Part shown: positions 1-8,508 of the stretch, piece by piece
How the letters are laid out: every line of letters starts with the position of its first letter
How positions within the stretch are numbered: position 1 is the stretch's first letter
Virus record (IMG/VR): IMGVR_UViG_3300016457_000282
Span: 32,001 to 96,000 of that record
Length of the DNA stretch: 64,000 nucleotides
DNA from: a virus
Strand: one strand, 5' to 3'
Translations under genes and position numbers: made by a program
The notes under the pieces: model-generated
What the model was told of the DNA's origin: nothing
Seen by the model: the letters and a program-made list of their open reading frames with translations, nothing else
The model's database searches: none

Positions 1-27
1 ACGTCCAACTTAAAGGGATTCCTGAGA

Positions 28-378
28 ATGTCCATCAATGGCATTGAATATGGAGTTCCTGCTACAATTCGAAAGAACTCGATCGACGTTTCTATCCCAC
101 CTTTTGAGAGCTTTGTTAAGGTCTCTTTCGAGAAGGAATTGAAGGTACCAGTTAAGTTGGAGATAGTAAGCCCTGAATTCTGTTTGTGTGTTTGGGAGGA
201 TACATTTGTAGTTAAACCTGTAGTTAAAGCTCGTGTCGCCCCAGTAAATATCCAGGGTTCAGGAAAGGTTGTAGTTAAAGGGTTGAAGAAAACTACTGAT
301 ATTGACAAGCAGTTTGAAAGAGCCGGGATTACAGATCCCCGTGTTAAAGAGTTGATCAAAAAGAAGATGAAGAAGTAA
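28..378 (+). CDS. hypothetical protein (probably the 3' part of a gene starting upstream of the window)
   Basis: ORF is open from the window edge and is followed by the AGGAGG RBS of the next gene. Confidence 0.5.
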   Translation: MSINGIEYGVPATIRKNSIDVSIPPFESFVKVSFEKELKVPVKLEIVSPEFCLCVWEDTFVVKPVVKARVAPVNIQGSGKVVVKGLKKTTDIDKQFERAGITDPRVKELIKKKMKK

Positions 379-390
379 AAGGAGGTTAAC

Positions 391-762
391 ATGATCAAAG
401 TTGAAGTTCTTGCTAAAGATGGTGGTACTAAAGTGGTAAACCTCACTCGTACCAAAGCGGTACATGAAAGGTGCTTGAACTGTTCCGCGTGGAATGCTTA
501 CGCAGTTTCACAGTGTACCTTTACAGACTGCCCTCTGTACCCTTTCCGAACTGGTAAAGGTGTACGAGGTAGATCCGCTGAGAGAAATAAAGCAATAGTT
601 AGATATTGTCAATGGTGTTCAAATAGCAGAACACCTAAAGATTGCACTGCGAGATTGTGCCCTTTATATGTGTACAGAACAGGTCGTATTGATAACAATG
701 TAGTCCTGGAGAGGGTCAAGAGTCCCCGAGAGTTTCGCTTCAGTAAGAACATGAACGACTAG
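391..762 (+). CDS. small Cys-rich putative Zn-binding protein (tandem CxxC...CxxxxCPLY repeat)
   Basis: AGGAGG RBS; two internal copies: CLNC..CTFTDCPLYPFRTG and CQWC..CTARLCPLYVYRTG. Confidence 0.7.
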   Translation: MIKVEVLAKDGGTKVVNLTRTKAVHERCLNCSAWNAYAVSQCTFTDCPLYPFRTGKGVRGRSAERNKAIVRYCQWCSNSRTPKDCTARLCPLYVYRTGRIDNNVVLERVKSPREFRFSKNMND

Positions 763-951
763 TATAAAATTTTCTTTTTCCACTACAACGAACTTACCCC
801 ACACCCTCGGGTATAACTAAGTATAGGTTGAGCGTTACCTGCGATTTAAGTGCCAAAGGTATGCGCACTTCTGGGCTAAAAATCGATTTTTACAAGCAAC
901 TGAAGATCACGTCTCCCCCTTGCTTTTACGACACGTTAACGTAATAATCAC

Positions 952-1005
952 TATTGACATCCCTCTTTGCTTAGAAAGGGAGAAACCTTGCAGACTTGAA
1001 ATTAG
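952..1005 (+). mobile_element. IS200/IS605-type end hairpin remnant (PATE-like), copy 1
   Basis: TATTGACATCCCTCTTTGCTTAGAAAGGGAGAAACCTTGCAGACTTGAAATTAG; related copy at 37004-37055. Confidence 0.45.
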
Positions 1006-1027
1006 GTAAAAACTTAGGAGGAAGCTT

Positions 1028-1213
1028 GTGAAACAAACACGAAAAGTCAAGGTATTTGATCTCTCGAGGTTGATCGACGACGAGTGGATTCACAAGGCTC
1101 CACATGAAGGAGTTCCCTTTACTACGTTGATAGGCGACGCTATTTCGCTGACTCCTATCTCAGAAGCGCGTCTGCTACGTCGTAAACTCAAGAGAAGGGA
1201 GAGGAGGAAATGA
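1028..1213 (+). CDS. hypothetical protein
   Basis: AGGAGG upstream of GTG start; stop overlaps the next start (ATGA). Confidence 0.55.
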   Translation: MKQTRKVKVFDLSRLIDDEWIHKAPHEGVPFTTLIGDAISLTPISEARLLRRKLKRRERRK

Positions 1214-2529
1214 ACTACTTTCGCACTTCTTTTTTCCACAAGATTCGCAACAAACTTTTCAGGATCTACTTGAATGGAAGTGGAGAAGAGGGTGTCTTCA
1301 TTACAAAGGGAGGTCGGAGGATATTCCTAAAGTTAAAGTCCAAGGGAGCTCGCGTCAACGAGCAACGTGTTAAATACTGGATGGATAGAATTGACGAAGT
1401 AGGACTATACAAGCTGGTAAAGGATCGTAACTTTAAAACCTTCTTAGGGAACACAGGAAAATATGTACATCCTCTCTTCTCAGAACTATATCGTACTTGG
1501 CCAAACAAACAGGATAAGTTGTGGTATAGGAAGTTGATCGAGAACTGGCATTGGAACCGTTCTAGAGCTAGGGATACTCTACAGAAGCTAGTTTCTGGGG
1601 AACTTAAGAACCCTTTTTGGGATGAAGTATCCGCACTGAACAGGGCACTTTTGCTAAAAGAGTCTAAGGAACTACCTCGTATTACTTTGTACAGAGGTGT
1701 GTGGGTTTCAACCCCTTATTCGCCAACCTACGCGCACCATATGATCCAGTTTTTTGCAGACTTAAAAGAGATGCAACTCAACCCACAGAAGTACATTCTC
1801 AAGGACTTCCCGTTCGCATCTTTTTCAACCCTTCAAAGTCAGGCTCAGAAGTTTGGAATGGTCGATCACGCCAAAATCCCTGTCTCCCGTATTGTTGGGC
1901 ACTATAGGATTGGTTTTGGTTCAACAAGAGAGAAGGAATTTATCGTCCGTACATCGTACAGGAGAGTTCCTGAGTTAATAACACGGGCAAGTTCGAGTTT
2001 AAAGAGCGCGAAGAAGTGGCCGGACATACAGTATTCCCCACTCCCGGAGACCGCTACTAGAGTTTACAGGTTTAATAGAGAAGTGTTCTCTGAAGTACCT
2101 TTTCGGAGGAACTTCGCTTTTCGCGAAATTCGCCTAGTAACACACGCGGGTGACACTGATTACGTAGCGGGCTCCCACCGCATTCACTACGTAACACTTC
2201 AATTTAACAGCGCGTTCTATGACCGAACAAAAACGTTTTTAGAATCCATGCAAGTCTTAAACAGGGAATGGGTGTTTTACGTTAAGAATCGAGACGACGC
2301 CCTCGAACTCTACTCAACTTTCTGTGATCAACTGACTCGCGGCCGTAGCCGTGATCTTGTTTCCAACATCCCCAAAGTAATTGATCGAGTTACGAAAAAC
2401 TACGACTTAGAGTGGTATTTTGCAATTCCAACTACTCCTAAGAGTCTGCTCACGTCTCCATTTAGTACTACCAAAGACACGACGCACGCTTTTTACTTCG
2501 CCTCAAGGGATATACTCAAACCCTTCTAA
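1210..2529 (+). CDS. putative ADP-ribosyltransferase (R-S-E clade) with N-terminal FITKGGRRI motif
   Basis: TLYRGV, FASFST and EKEFIV motifs in canonical order. Confidence 0.6.
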   Translation: MNYFRTSFFHKIRNKLFRIYLNGSGEEGVFITKGGRRIFLKLKSKGARVNEQRVKYWMDRIDEVGLYKLVKDRNFKTFLGNTGKYVHPLFSELYRTWPNKQDKLWYRKLIENWHWNRSRARDTLQKLVSGELKNPFWDEVSALNRALLLKESKELPRITLYRGVWVSTPYSPTYAHHMIQFFADLKEMQLNPQKYILKDFPFASFSTLQSQAQKFGMVDHAKIPVSRIVGHYRIGFGSTREKEFIVRTSYRRVPELITRASSSLKSAKKWPDIQYSPLPETATRVYRFNREVFSEVPFRRNFAFREIRLVTHAGDTDYVAGSHRIHYVTLQFNSAFYDRTKTFLESMQVLNREWVFYVKNRDDALELYSTFCDQLTRGRSRDLVSNIPKVIDRVTKNYDLEWYFAIPTTPKSLLTSPFSTTKDTTHAFYFASRDILKPF

Positions 2530-2593
2530 AATAGTAATCCCACAAAAGGGAACTGAGTTCAATTTTACTAAGTGTTTAAATTTATTTGAGTTA

Positions 2594-3193
2594 CTATCGA
2601 CCCTGTTTACTTCCATAGGCAACGTAACTGCCTCGGGTCAACAACTGTTTCTTAGAGAGCCACTGAATTCGCTTTTCCCATCTATCGAGCTCGACCTCTT
2701 CCTTGAACCCTCCGAGGCCAAAGTTTGATACCTTTACTCCATTCCAGGAAATACTCCTTTCTATAACTAGAAGTTCCTGTACGGTGAAGTTACCTCCCTC
2801 GAAGCGGCCCAGCTCGATCCAACGTGCATCCCATCCCAGCCAAAGGACAGTAGGGAGGACACGTACGTCAAACAATCTATTCACGTACCAACGTAGTGGT
2901 TTGAAGACGGCTATGTGTAAGGTCTTTCTTAAGGTAAGTCGGTAGATTAGATCGAGAGGTATACGGTAGCTCTTACTCTCGTTATCCGAAGGCCAGACGA
3001 ACAGGACGCGTTGGAACGTATGGGAGCACCTTCTGCGAAGATCTAGCCAATTAGTTACAACAAGTTCGGAAAGGTTTAAGGGAGTGTAGTACAGAGGGAA
3101 GTCCGTCCTCCGTAAGGAGACTACGTATTCTCTCTCCTCAAGGGAGAGCCTGTACTGAGATTTGTTCTTCCAAGTTTTCTTTGGTACTCTCAT
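2594..3193 (-). CDS. hypothetical protein, possible degenerate thioredoxin-like C-terminal half
   Basis: 199 aa ORF with GGGGA upstream; FDVRVLPTVLWL...ELGRFEG resembles the thioredoxin cis-Pro segment but there is no CxxC. Confidence 0.4.
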   Translation of the reverse strand: MRVPKKTWKNKSQYRLSLEEREYVVSLRRTDFPLYYTPLNLSELVVTNWLDLRRRCSHTFQRVLFVWPSDNESKSYRIPLDLIYRLTLRKTLHIAVFKPLRWYVNRLFDVRVLPTVLWLGWDARWIELGRFEGGNFTVQELLVIERSISWNGVKVSNFGLGGFKEEVELDRWEKRIQWLSKKQLLTRGSYVAYGSKQGR

Positions 3194-3246
3194 AAGTGGG
3201 CATCCCCTTGACTTAAGAGTTTAACCTACTAGAATAAGGTTAGCAC

Positions 3247-4266
3247 TTGGTTAAGAAGGAGGAATTAAGAATGCCGCGGAAACTCGCTCTTGCAGCGGCG
3301 CCAGCGAAAGTCAATCCCAGGATTTCAGTGAAGTGGGGTTGGAGGGAGGCTGGCGTTTCTACTATCCCCTTGTTTAGAGAGATCTTCGAGGAATTCCTTC
3401 CCCGATTTGAGGAAGTGTATAAAGAGGAAGGAGCGGTCACTCCGATATCTCAAGCACATAGAGTACTTGGGTCCAAAGCATTTCATCAGTCTAACTTCGG
3501 CGAGTATCTATCTCTCAAAGCACAGGAGAAGGATATTGGTAAACCGAAAACAGAGAAGCTCTTTGAGGAGTTTATTTCTCGAATTAAAAAGGAAAAGCCC
3601 GCCGATTACATACCTAAGACACCAATAAGAGTGTTTAAGACACCACTATCCTCTAGGTTCCGTCCTACTCGAGATAAAGGAAAAGTTCAGTTTGAGCTCA
3701 CTTCAGTGGTTGATAAGAATGGGTATATCGTTCTCGAGATTGTACTCACACCTAGAGAGAACCTCAAGAAAGGAACGGCTCTCCTTCAGAGAGCTGCAAA
3801 GGAAGACCCGGTTTCCAAAGTTTCCAAACTAACTACGTGGAAAGGCGAAAGAGGATACTGGGTGACTCTAAAAAATGGTAGAAAGATCTTCATTCCCGAA
3901 AAATATCAAAAGCAATACCATAATTGGAAGGCTGTAGAGGGGGTAGGAGCTTTTGCTGCGGTGATGGGAACGCTAGGCCTTTTCACGACTGCGGGAATAA
4001 TGAGTGTTCCTATACTCACAGCAGGTCTTACCAAAGTAGCTTCCCTAGCTGTTAAGGATCCTGCGAAAAAGGCAGCTCTCAAGTCAATTCAATCTGCCAT
4101 TAAAAAAATTGCGGAGAAGACTACGCTTAAGGTCGCTGCCATTAGCGCTATTGGGGTTGTGGGAGGATTCCTAACTCACATAATTGCCAGAGCGATACAA
4201 TGGGGGATGAGACTTTGGGCTGCTAATGCACGCGCCGCAGCGCGCATTCTCAAGAAGGAAAGATAA
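3247..4266 (+). CDS. membrane-associated phage protein with internal WVTLKNGRKIFI motif and C-terminal hydrophobic helices (likely start ATG 3271)
   Basis: AGGAGG before ATG 3271; hydrophobic stretches GVGAFAAVMGTLGLFTTAGIMSVPIL and VAAISAIGVVGGFL. Confidence 0.65.
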   Translation: MVKKEELRMPRKLALAAAPAKVNPRISVKWGWREAGVSTIPLFREIFEEFLPRFEEVYKEEGAVTPISQAHRVLGSKAFHQSNFGEYLSLKAQEKDIGKPKTEKLFEEFISRIKKEKPADYIPKTPIRVFKTPLSSRFRPTRDKGKVQFELTSVVDKNGYIVLEIVLTPRENLKKGTALLQRAAKEDPVSKVSKLTTWKGERGYWVTLKNGRKIFIPEKYQKQYHNWKAVEGVGAFAAVMGTLGLFTTAGIMSVPILTAGLTKVASLAVKDPAKKAALKSIQSAIKKIAEKTTLKVAAISAIGVVGGFLTHIIARAIQWGMRLWAANARAAARILKKER

Positions 4267-4291
4267 CTTAGAGAGCACAAACTCGCAATTG

Positions 4292-4318
4292 AAAGGGCAC
4301 CCTCACGTGCCCTTTTTA
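4292..4318 (+). terminator. intrinsic terminator-like hairpin
   Basis: AAAGGGCAC-cctcac-GTGCCCTTT followed by further Ts. Confidence 0.55.
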
Positions 4319-4337
4319 GTTACATTGTAGTGGGAGG

Positions 4338-6479
4338 TTGCAGATGAGAGTGTATATTGCAGGAATGGATGGTTACTTGGGTTGGACTTTAACTGTTTAC
4401 TTACTTGCTAGGGGTTACGTAGTAGGTGGCTGTGATTTGATGTTGAGAAGAGAGTGGGTTGAGGAGATGGGATCTCAATCCGTGACACCCATCGCGAGTA
4501 TGGAAGAGAGGATACGTGCTTGTGAGGAAGTGTTTGGTAGGAAACCTATTTTCTATTTCGGGGACTTAAGGAACCCCAAATTTGTGTTGAACTCCATTAA
4601 AGAGTTCAAACCAGATGCAATTGTCCACCTAGGTGAAATGCCTTCTGCACCTTACTCAATGATCGATGTACATCACACTACTTTCACCCAAGTCAACAAC
4701 CTAGTGGGGACCTTAAACCTTTTGTACGCCATCAAAGCTGTGAGTAAGGATATCCACTTAGTTAAATTAGGATGTTATGACGACAAAACAGAGGTGCTAA
4801 CAAGTAAAGGATGGAAGTTGTTCAAGGACCTAGATTACTCTGACAAAGTATGCTGTCTCAACGGAGAAACAGGAGAAGTATCGTTCAACTGTCCAAACCA
4901 TATAGTTGAGTATCCGTATGCGGGAGAGATGCTGAGAATTGTGAACGACGATGTCGATTTCGTGATTACTCCCAATCATAGAGTGGTCTTTAGAGAATCT
5001 CCTTCGGGAGTTGTGCAGATAAAGAGGGCTGATCACGTGGCAAAGAAATCTAGCTTCATAATTCCACAGATAGATAGCCAAACTAAAGTAACTCCTTCTG
5101 ATATGGAATGGGTTCCTTATGCAGGAAAGGTGTACTGTTGCACCGTTCCTACAGGAATCATATATGTACGCCGGAACGGAAAAGCGGCTTGGTCAGGAAA
5201 CACAATGGGAGAGTATGGCGTCACAAACCTCGACATTCCTGAGGGATTCTTTGAAGTTGAATATAGAGGGCGTAAAGATACTCTTCCTTTTCCTTGTCAA
5301 CCTCCTAGTTTTTATCATTGTACGAAGGTACACGATTCTGTCAACATTAGATTTGCTTGCGACGTTTGGGGGCTTAGATCTACTGATATCATGCAAGGAG
5401 TGGTTTATGGGATTCAGATCCCCGAAATGAAAGGAGATGAGAGATTAATTACTCGCTATGATGTAGATGAATGTTTTCCTCCTAACACCAGAATTACATG
5501 CTTAGAGGGCGTAAAACCTATAAAAGACGTTCAGGTAGGAGACAAAGTCTTAACTCATAAGGGTCGGTTTCGAAAGGTGCTTAAGAAGTTTGAACGAGAA
5601 TACGTTGGGGAAGTGATAGAGATAGAACTTGAGCGCGCTTTTGGAAAAATTGTTTGTACGCCAGGTCATCCCATCTTAGTAACGACGCTCTCTTCAGCGC
5701 ACGGTAAAGAGACGACACGGTGGATGACAGCGCGAGAACTAAAAGAATGGCTCCAAGTTCAAACTAATCCGTTCCTTGAGAAGTATGAGAGGTTTAACAG
5801 GTTAGTCGCAAACGGGACTTCGATCATAAGCGTAATGGATTTGAGCTGTCCTATCTATTTACATTCAGGAGGGTTTGACAACCTGGTGCGAGTAAAATCA
5901 GTTTCAAGTAAGATGTACAAAGGGAAGGTATACAACCTCCATGTTGAAGAAGATCACACGTACGTCGCAAACAACGTCCAGGTGCATAACTGCTTCGGCA
6001 CTCTCGTAAATCGTACTTGCGCTCAGGCTATTGTAGGAATTCCACTAACGGTTTATGGAAAAGGGAAGCAGAAGAGAGGGTTCCTTCCCATTCAAGACTC
6101 CATGCAATGCTTCCGTATTGCTATTGAGAACCCTCCCAAGGAAGGAGAATATAGAGTGTTTAACCAATTCGAGGATGTATACGAAATCATCTGGCTGGCT
6201 CGGTTGGTAAAGAGGGAGGCAGAAAAGCTGGGGTTCACTGTCAAACTCGCTCACTATGAAAATCCACGAGTTGAAGCGGAAGATCACTACTACAACCCTG
6301 ATAGGAACAACTTACCTAGACTTGGCTACAAACCTACAGCAAACCCCGCTGTAGTGATCAAAAACATCTTAACCAACCTAATCAAATACAAACACAGAAT
6401 AATACGTGAAAAGATAATCCCGGAAATTCGTTGGAGTGGTGATAAGAACAAGTGTAGGATTATTACAGTTGAGGAGTAG
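4338..6479 (+). CDS. sqdB: UDP-sulfoquinovose synthase (SqdB/Agl3 family NAD-dependent epimerase) with two inteins
   Basis: GMDGYLGW Rossmann motif, HLGEMPSAPYSM, HLVKLG/TMGEYG, YHCTK, STDIMQGVVYG, NPRVEAEDHYYN; about 397 aa after removing the inteins. Confidence 0.88.
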   Translation: MQMRVYIAGMDGYLGWTLTVYLLARGYVVGGCDLMLRREWVEEMGSQSVTPIASMEERIRACEEVFGRKPIFYFGDLRNPKFVLNSIKEFKPDAIVHLGEMPSAPYSMIDVHHTTFTQVNNLVGTLNLLYAIKAVSKDIHLVKLGCYDDKTEVLTSKGWKLFKDLDYSDKVCCLNGETGEVSFNCPNHIVEYPYAGEMLRIVNDDVDFVITPNHRVVFRESPSGVVQIKRADHVAKKSSFIIPQIDSQTKVTPSDMEWVPYAGKVYCCTVPTGIIYVRRNGKAAWSGNTMGEYGVTNLDIPEGFFEVEYRGRKDTLPFPCQPPSFYHCTKVHDSVNIRFACDVWGLRSTDIMQGVVYGIQIPEMKGDERLITRYDVDECFPPNTRITCLEGVKPIKDVQVGDKVLTHKGRFRKVLKKFEREYVGEVIEIELERAFGKIVCTPGHPILVTTLSSAHGKETTRWMTARELKEWLQVQTNPFLEKYERFNRLVANGTSIISVMDLSCPIYLHSGGFDNLVRVKSVSSKMYKGKVYNLHVEEDHTYVANNVQVHNCFGTLVNRTCAQAIVGIPLTVYGKGKQKRGFLPIQDSMQCFRIAIENPPKEGEYRVFNQFEDVYEIIWLARLVKREAEKLGFTVKLAHYENPRVEAEDHYYNPDRNNLPRLGYKPTANPAVVIKNILTNLIKYKHRIIREKIIPEIRWSGDKNKCRIITVEE
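4773..5201 (+). mobile_element. mini-intein 1 (143 aa) in sqdB
   Basis: Starts CYDDKTEVLT, has block B TPNHRV, ends VRRNGKAAWSGN|T; splits the KLG|TMGEYG motif. Confidence 0.85.
5472..5990 (+). mobile_element. mini-intein 2 (173 aa) in sqdB
   Basis: Starts CFPPNTRI, has block B TPGHPI, ends VYNLHVEEDHTYVANNVQVHN|C. Confidence 0.88.
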
Positions 6480-6771
6480 GAGTTCCCTTGCCTCTCTTAG
6501 CAGATTAATGGATATACATAGTCAACGACTGATTAGAGAGGAGAGTAAAATCGTGGAGATTCCCAAAGTTAACGCAATCAAGGATCTTCCCTTATATCCC
6601 CTAGCAAACGCGCTCTCTCCAACATGTTATCAGTGTAAACACTACCTCAAGAACGACAAATGCAAAGCCTTCCCTAAAGGAATACCTCGAAAGCTCCTGT
6701 TAAGTCCGTACTGGCATATCGCCCTTCTTCCACAACAGCAAGGTGACTACATTTTCGAGCCGAGGGTATAA
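6436..6771 (+). CDS. small Cys-containing phage protein (CxxCxH..CKAFPxGIP family); true start probably GTG ~6553
   Basis: CYQCKHY..CKAFPKGIP..H..P.QQGDYIFEP; GAGGAG upstream of GTG 6553. Confidence 0.55.
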   Translation: MVIRTSVGLLQLRSRSSLASLSRLMDIHSQRLIREESKIVEIPKVNAIKDLPLYPLANALSPTCYQCKHYLKNDKCKAFPKGIPRKLLLSPYWHIALLPQQQGDYIFEPRV

Positions 6772-7623
6772 ATGAGGCTCAGGATCCTCAAGTGGATAAC
6801 GTATAAGGGCAGGAGGATTCCAATCACGGAGAGAATCCTAAGAGGAGCCCGCTTTCTCTCGAAAAAAGAAGCTATACCAATAGCTGAAGAGCTTGATCGA
6901 AGGTATTGGAGAAGGTACGGCGACATCGAACCTCATTTCACGAAGTACGACCTGAAGAGCTTGGGGATTTCAGTTCGAGCCGTAGACGAAAAGTTCCCGG
7001 GAATCCTACACGGCACCAAGATAATCCCAATCAAGACAAGTAGAGGAACGTCAGTACTGAGTTTTGTCGTTAATGATACTCTGGGGCGAAGAGATTTACA
7101 GGTACTTACCATCATCAGTAAGGAATTACGTAGTGCAACCTCACGCACTGAACTTCGAAAGATCGCCGCGAAATACGGTTTGGGTACCTCCAACCCAAAC
7201 TTGACGTACGACACCCTGACTCATCTTAAAAACTACTATCTTACTCAAATAGAGAAGCTGAAACCCTTGGTAATACTTCCTCTCAGGGGAGGAAGACCTC
7301 AAAAGAGCGCTATTACTCCGGACGATATAATCATTTGCTTTCAACCTTCCGTTTTGAATAAACGAGATCCACTAACACAAAGACACGCGTGGATTCACGA
7401 GTTCGGGCACGTCCTAACTGCTAAGCTTCAACCTTCTCAGTGGAAACGTTGGGTTGATGTTTACTATCCCAACCAGCTAAAGTTACGTTCGGAGTACGGA
7501 AGAACTAGCCCCACTGAAGGGTTTGCAGAGGAATTTTGGTTGTTCATTTCAAGAGGAAATAACTCGACAAAAGAACTTAACGAGTATTTTAGAAGCCTTC
7601 ACAAAGAGTGGAACTTACTTTAG
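6772..7623 (+). CDS. zincin metallopeptidase (lethal-factor/MPTase-like) with N-terminal WITYKGRRIPI motif
   Basis: WIHEFGH and YGRTSPTEGFAEEF motifs. Confidence 0.75.
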   Translation: MRLRILKWITYKGRRIPITERILRGARFLSKKEAIPIAEELDRRYWRRYGDIEPHFTKYDLKSLGISVRAVDEKFPGILHGTKIIPIKTSRGTSVLSFVVNDTLGRRDLQVLTIISKELRSATSRTELRKIAAKYGLGTSNPNLTYDTLTHLKNYYLTQIEKLKPLVILPLRGGRPQKSAITPDDIIICFQPSVLNKRDPLTQRHAWIHEFGHVLTAKLQPSQWKRWVDVYYPNQLKLRSEYGRTSPTEGFAEEFWLFISRGNNSTKELNEYFRSLHKEWNLL

Positions 7624-7648
7624 AATGACGCTAGTTAACAAGTAAGTA

Positions 7649-8500
7649 ATGACTTATGAAAGGATCATAACGTGGATTACCTACAAAGGAAAAAGGATCC
7701 CCATCCGAGAGAGCCTTTTTAAGGGAATTAAGTTTGTTCGTAGAGCAGACACGGAATCTCTACTTAAGAGACTTTCACACTCCTCACCTCATACCTTCAA
7801 AGGGTTAGTTCCATATAAGGGGAAAATCGACTGGAAATGGCTCGCCGCCGCGTGCAAGGACACCGACAAAAAATTCCCGGGACTACTCGAGAACGTAGAG
7901 GTCCACTTCTTTTCTGATACAGAGAAAAGGAAACTAAAGGGGTTTGCTCTTAGTACAGATGTCGGAAAGCGCAAGATAGCCTATTACCGTCAGATAATCT
8001 CTGAGCTAGAGAAATCCAAAACTTCCCAAGAGAAGTTCATCGCAACAGCAAAGAAATTCCATTTAATTCCCTATGGTGTGAAGGAATTAGACGAAAACTT
8101 TGTAAACTTCCTTCAAGAATTGGTAGAACACGACTTAAAAAGGTCCCTTAGGTCTTACTACCAAAACAAAAAACTACTAGGTGACCGAAACTACCTCTTT
8201 ATGAACCCTGCCTTACCTACAAGGAACCCTTCTAGTTACGTAAAGACAGAAAAAGACGTGTGGATTCACGAATTCGGGCACCTTCTTATGGGAAAGATTT
8301 CCAATAAAGAATTCGAAGCTTGGAACATAATCTACGAGAGGCAACGAAACAGGATCCAATCAACCTACGGCCGCTCCAATCCCTCTGAAGGGTTTGCAGA
8401 GGAGTTCCTTCTCTACATTAAAACAGGTAAATGCTCAACCAACGCTATTACCCTCTACTTCGAAACACTTGAGAGATCTTGGAACTTCCTAAGTAAATAA
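7649..8500 (+). CDS. zincin metallopeptidase, paralog of 6772-7623
   Basis: WITYKGKRIPI; WIHEFGH; YGRSNPSEGFAEEF; same length (283 aa). Confidence 0.75.
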   Translation: MTYERIITWITYKGKRIPIRESLFKGIKFVRRADTESLLKRLSHSSPHTFKGLVPYKGKIDWKWLAAACKDTDKKFPGLLENVEVHFFSDTEKRKLKGFALSTDVGKRKIAYYRQIISELEKSKTSQEKFIATAKKFHLIPYGVKELDENFVNFLQELVEHDLKRSLRSYYQNKKLLGDRNYLFMNPALPTRNPSSYVKTEKDVWIHEFGHLLMGKISNKEFEAWNIIYERQRNRIQSTYGRSNPSEGFAEEFLLYIKTGKCSTNAITLYFETLERSWNFLSK

Positions 8501-8508
8501 CCTTCTCT

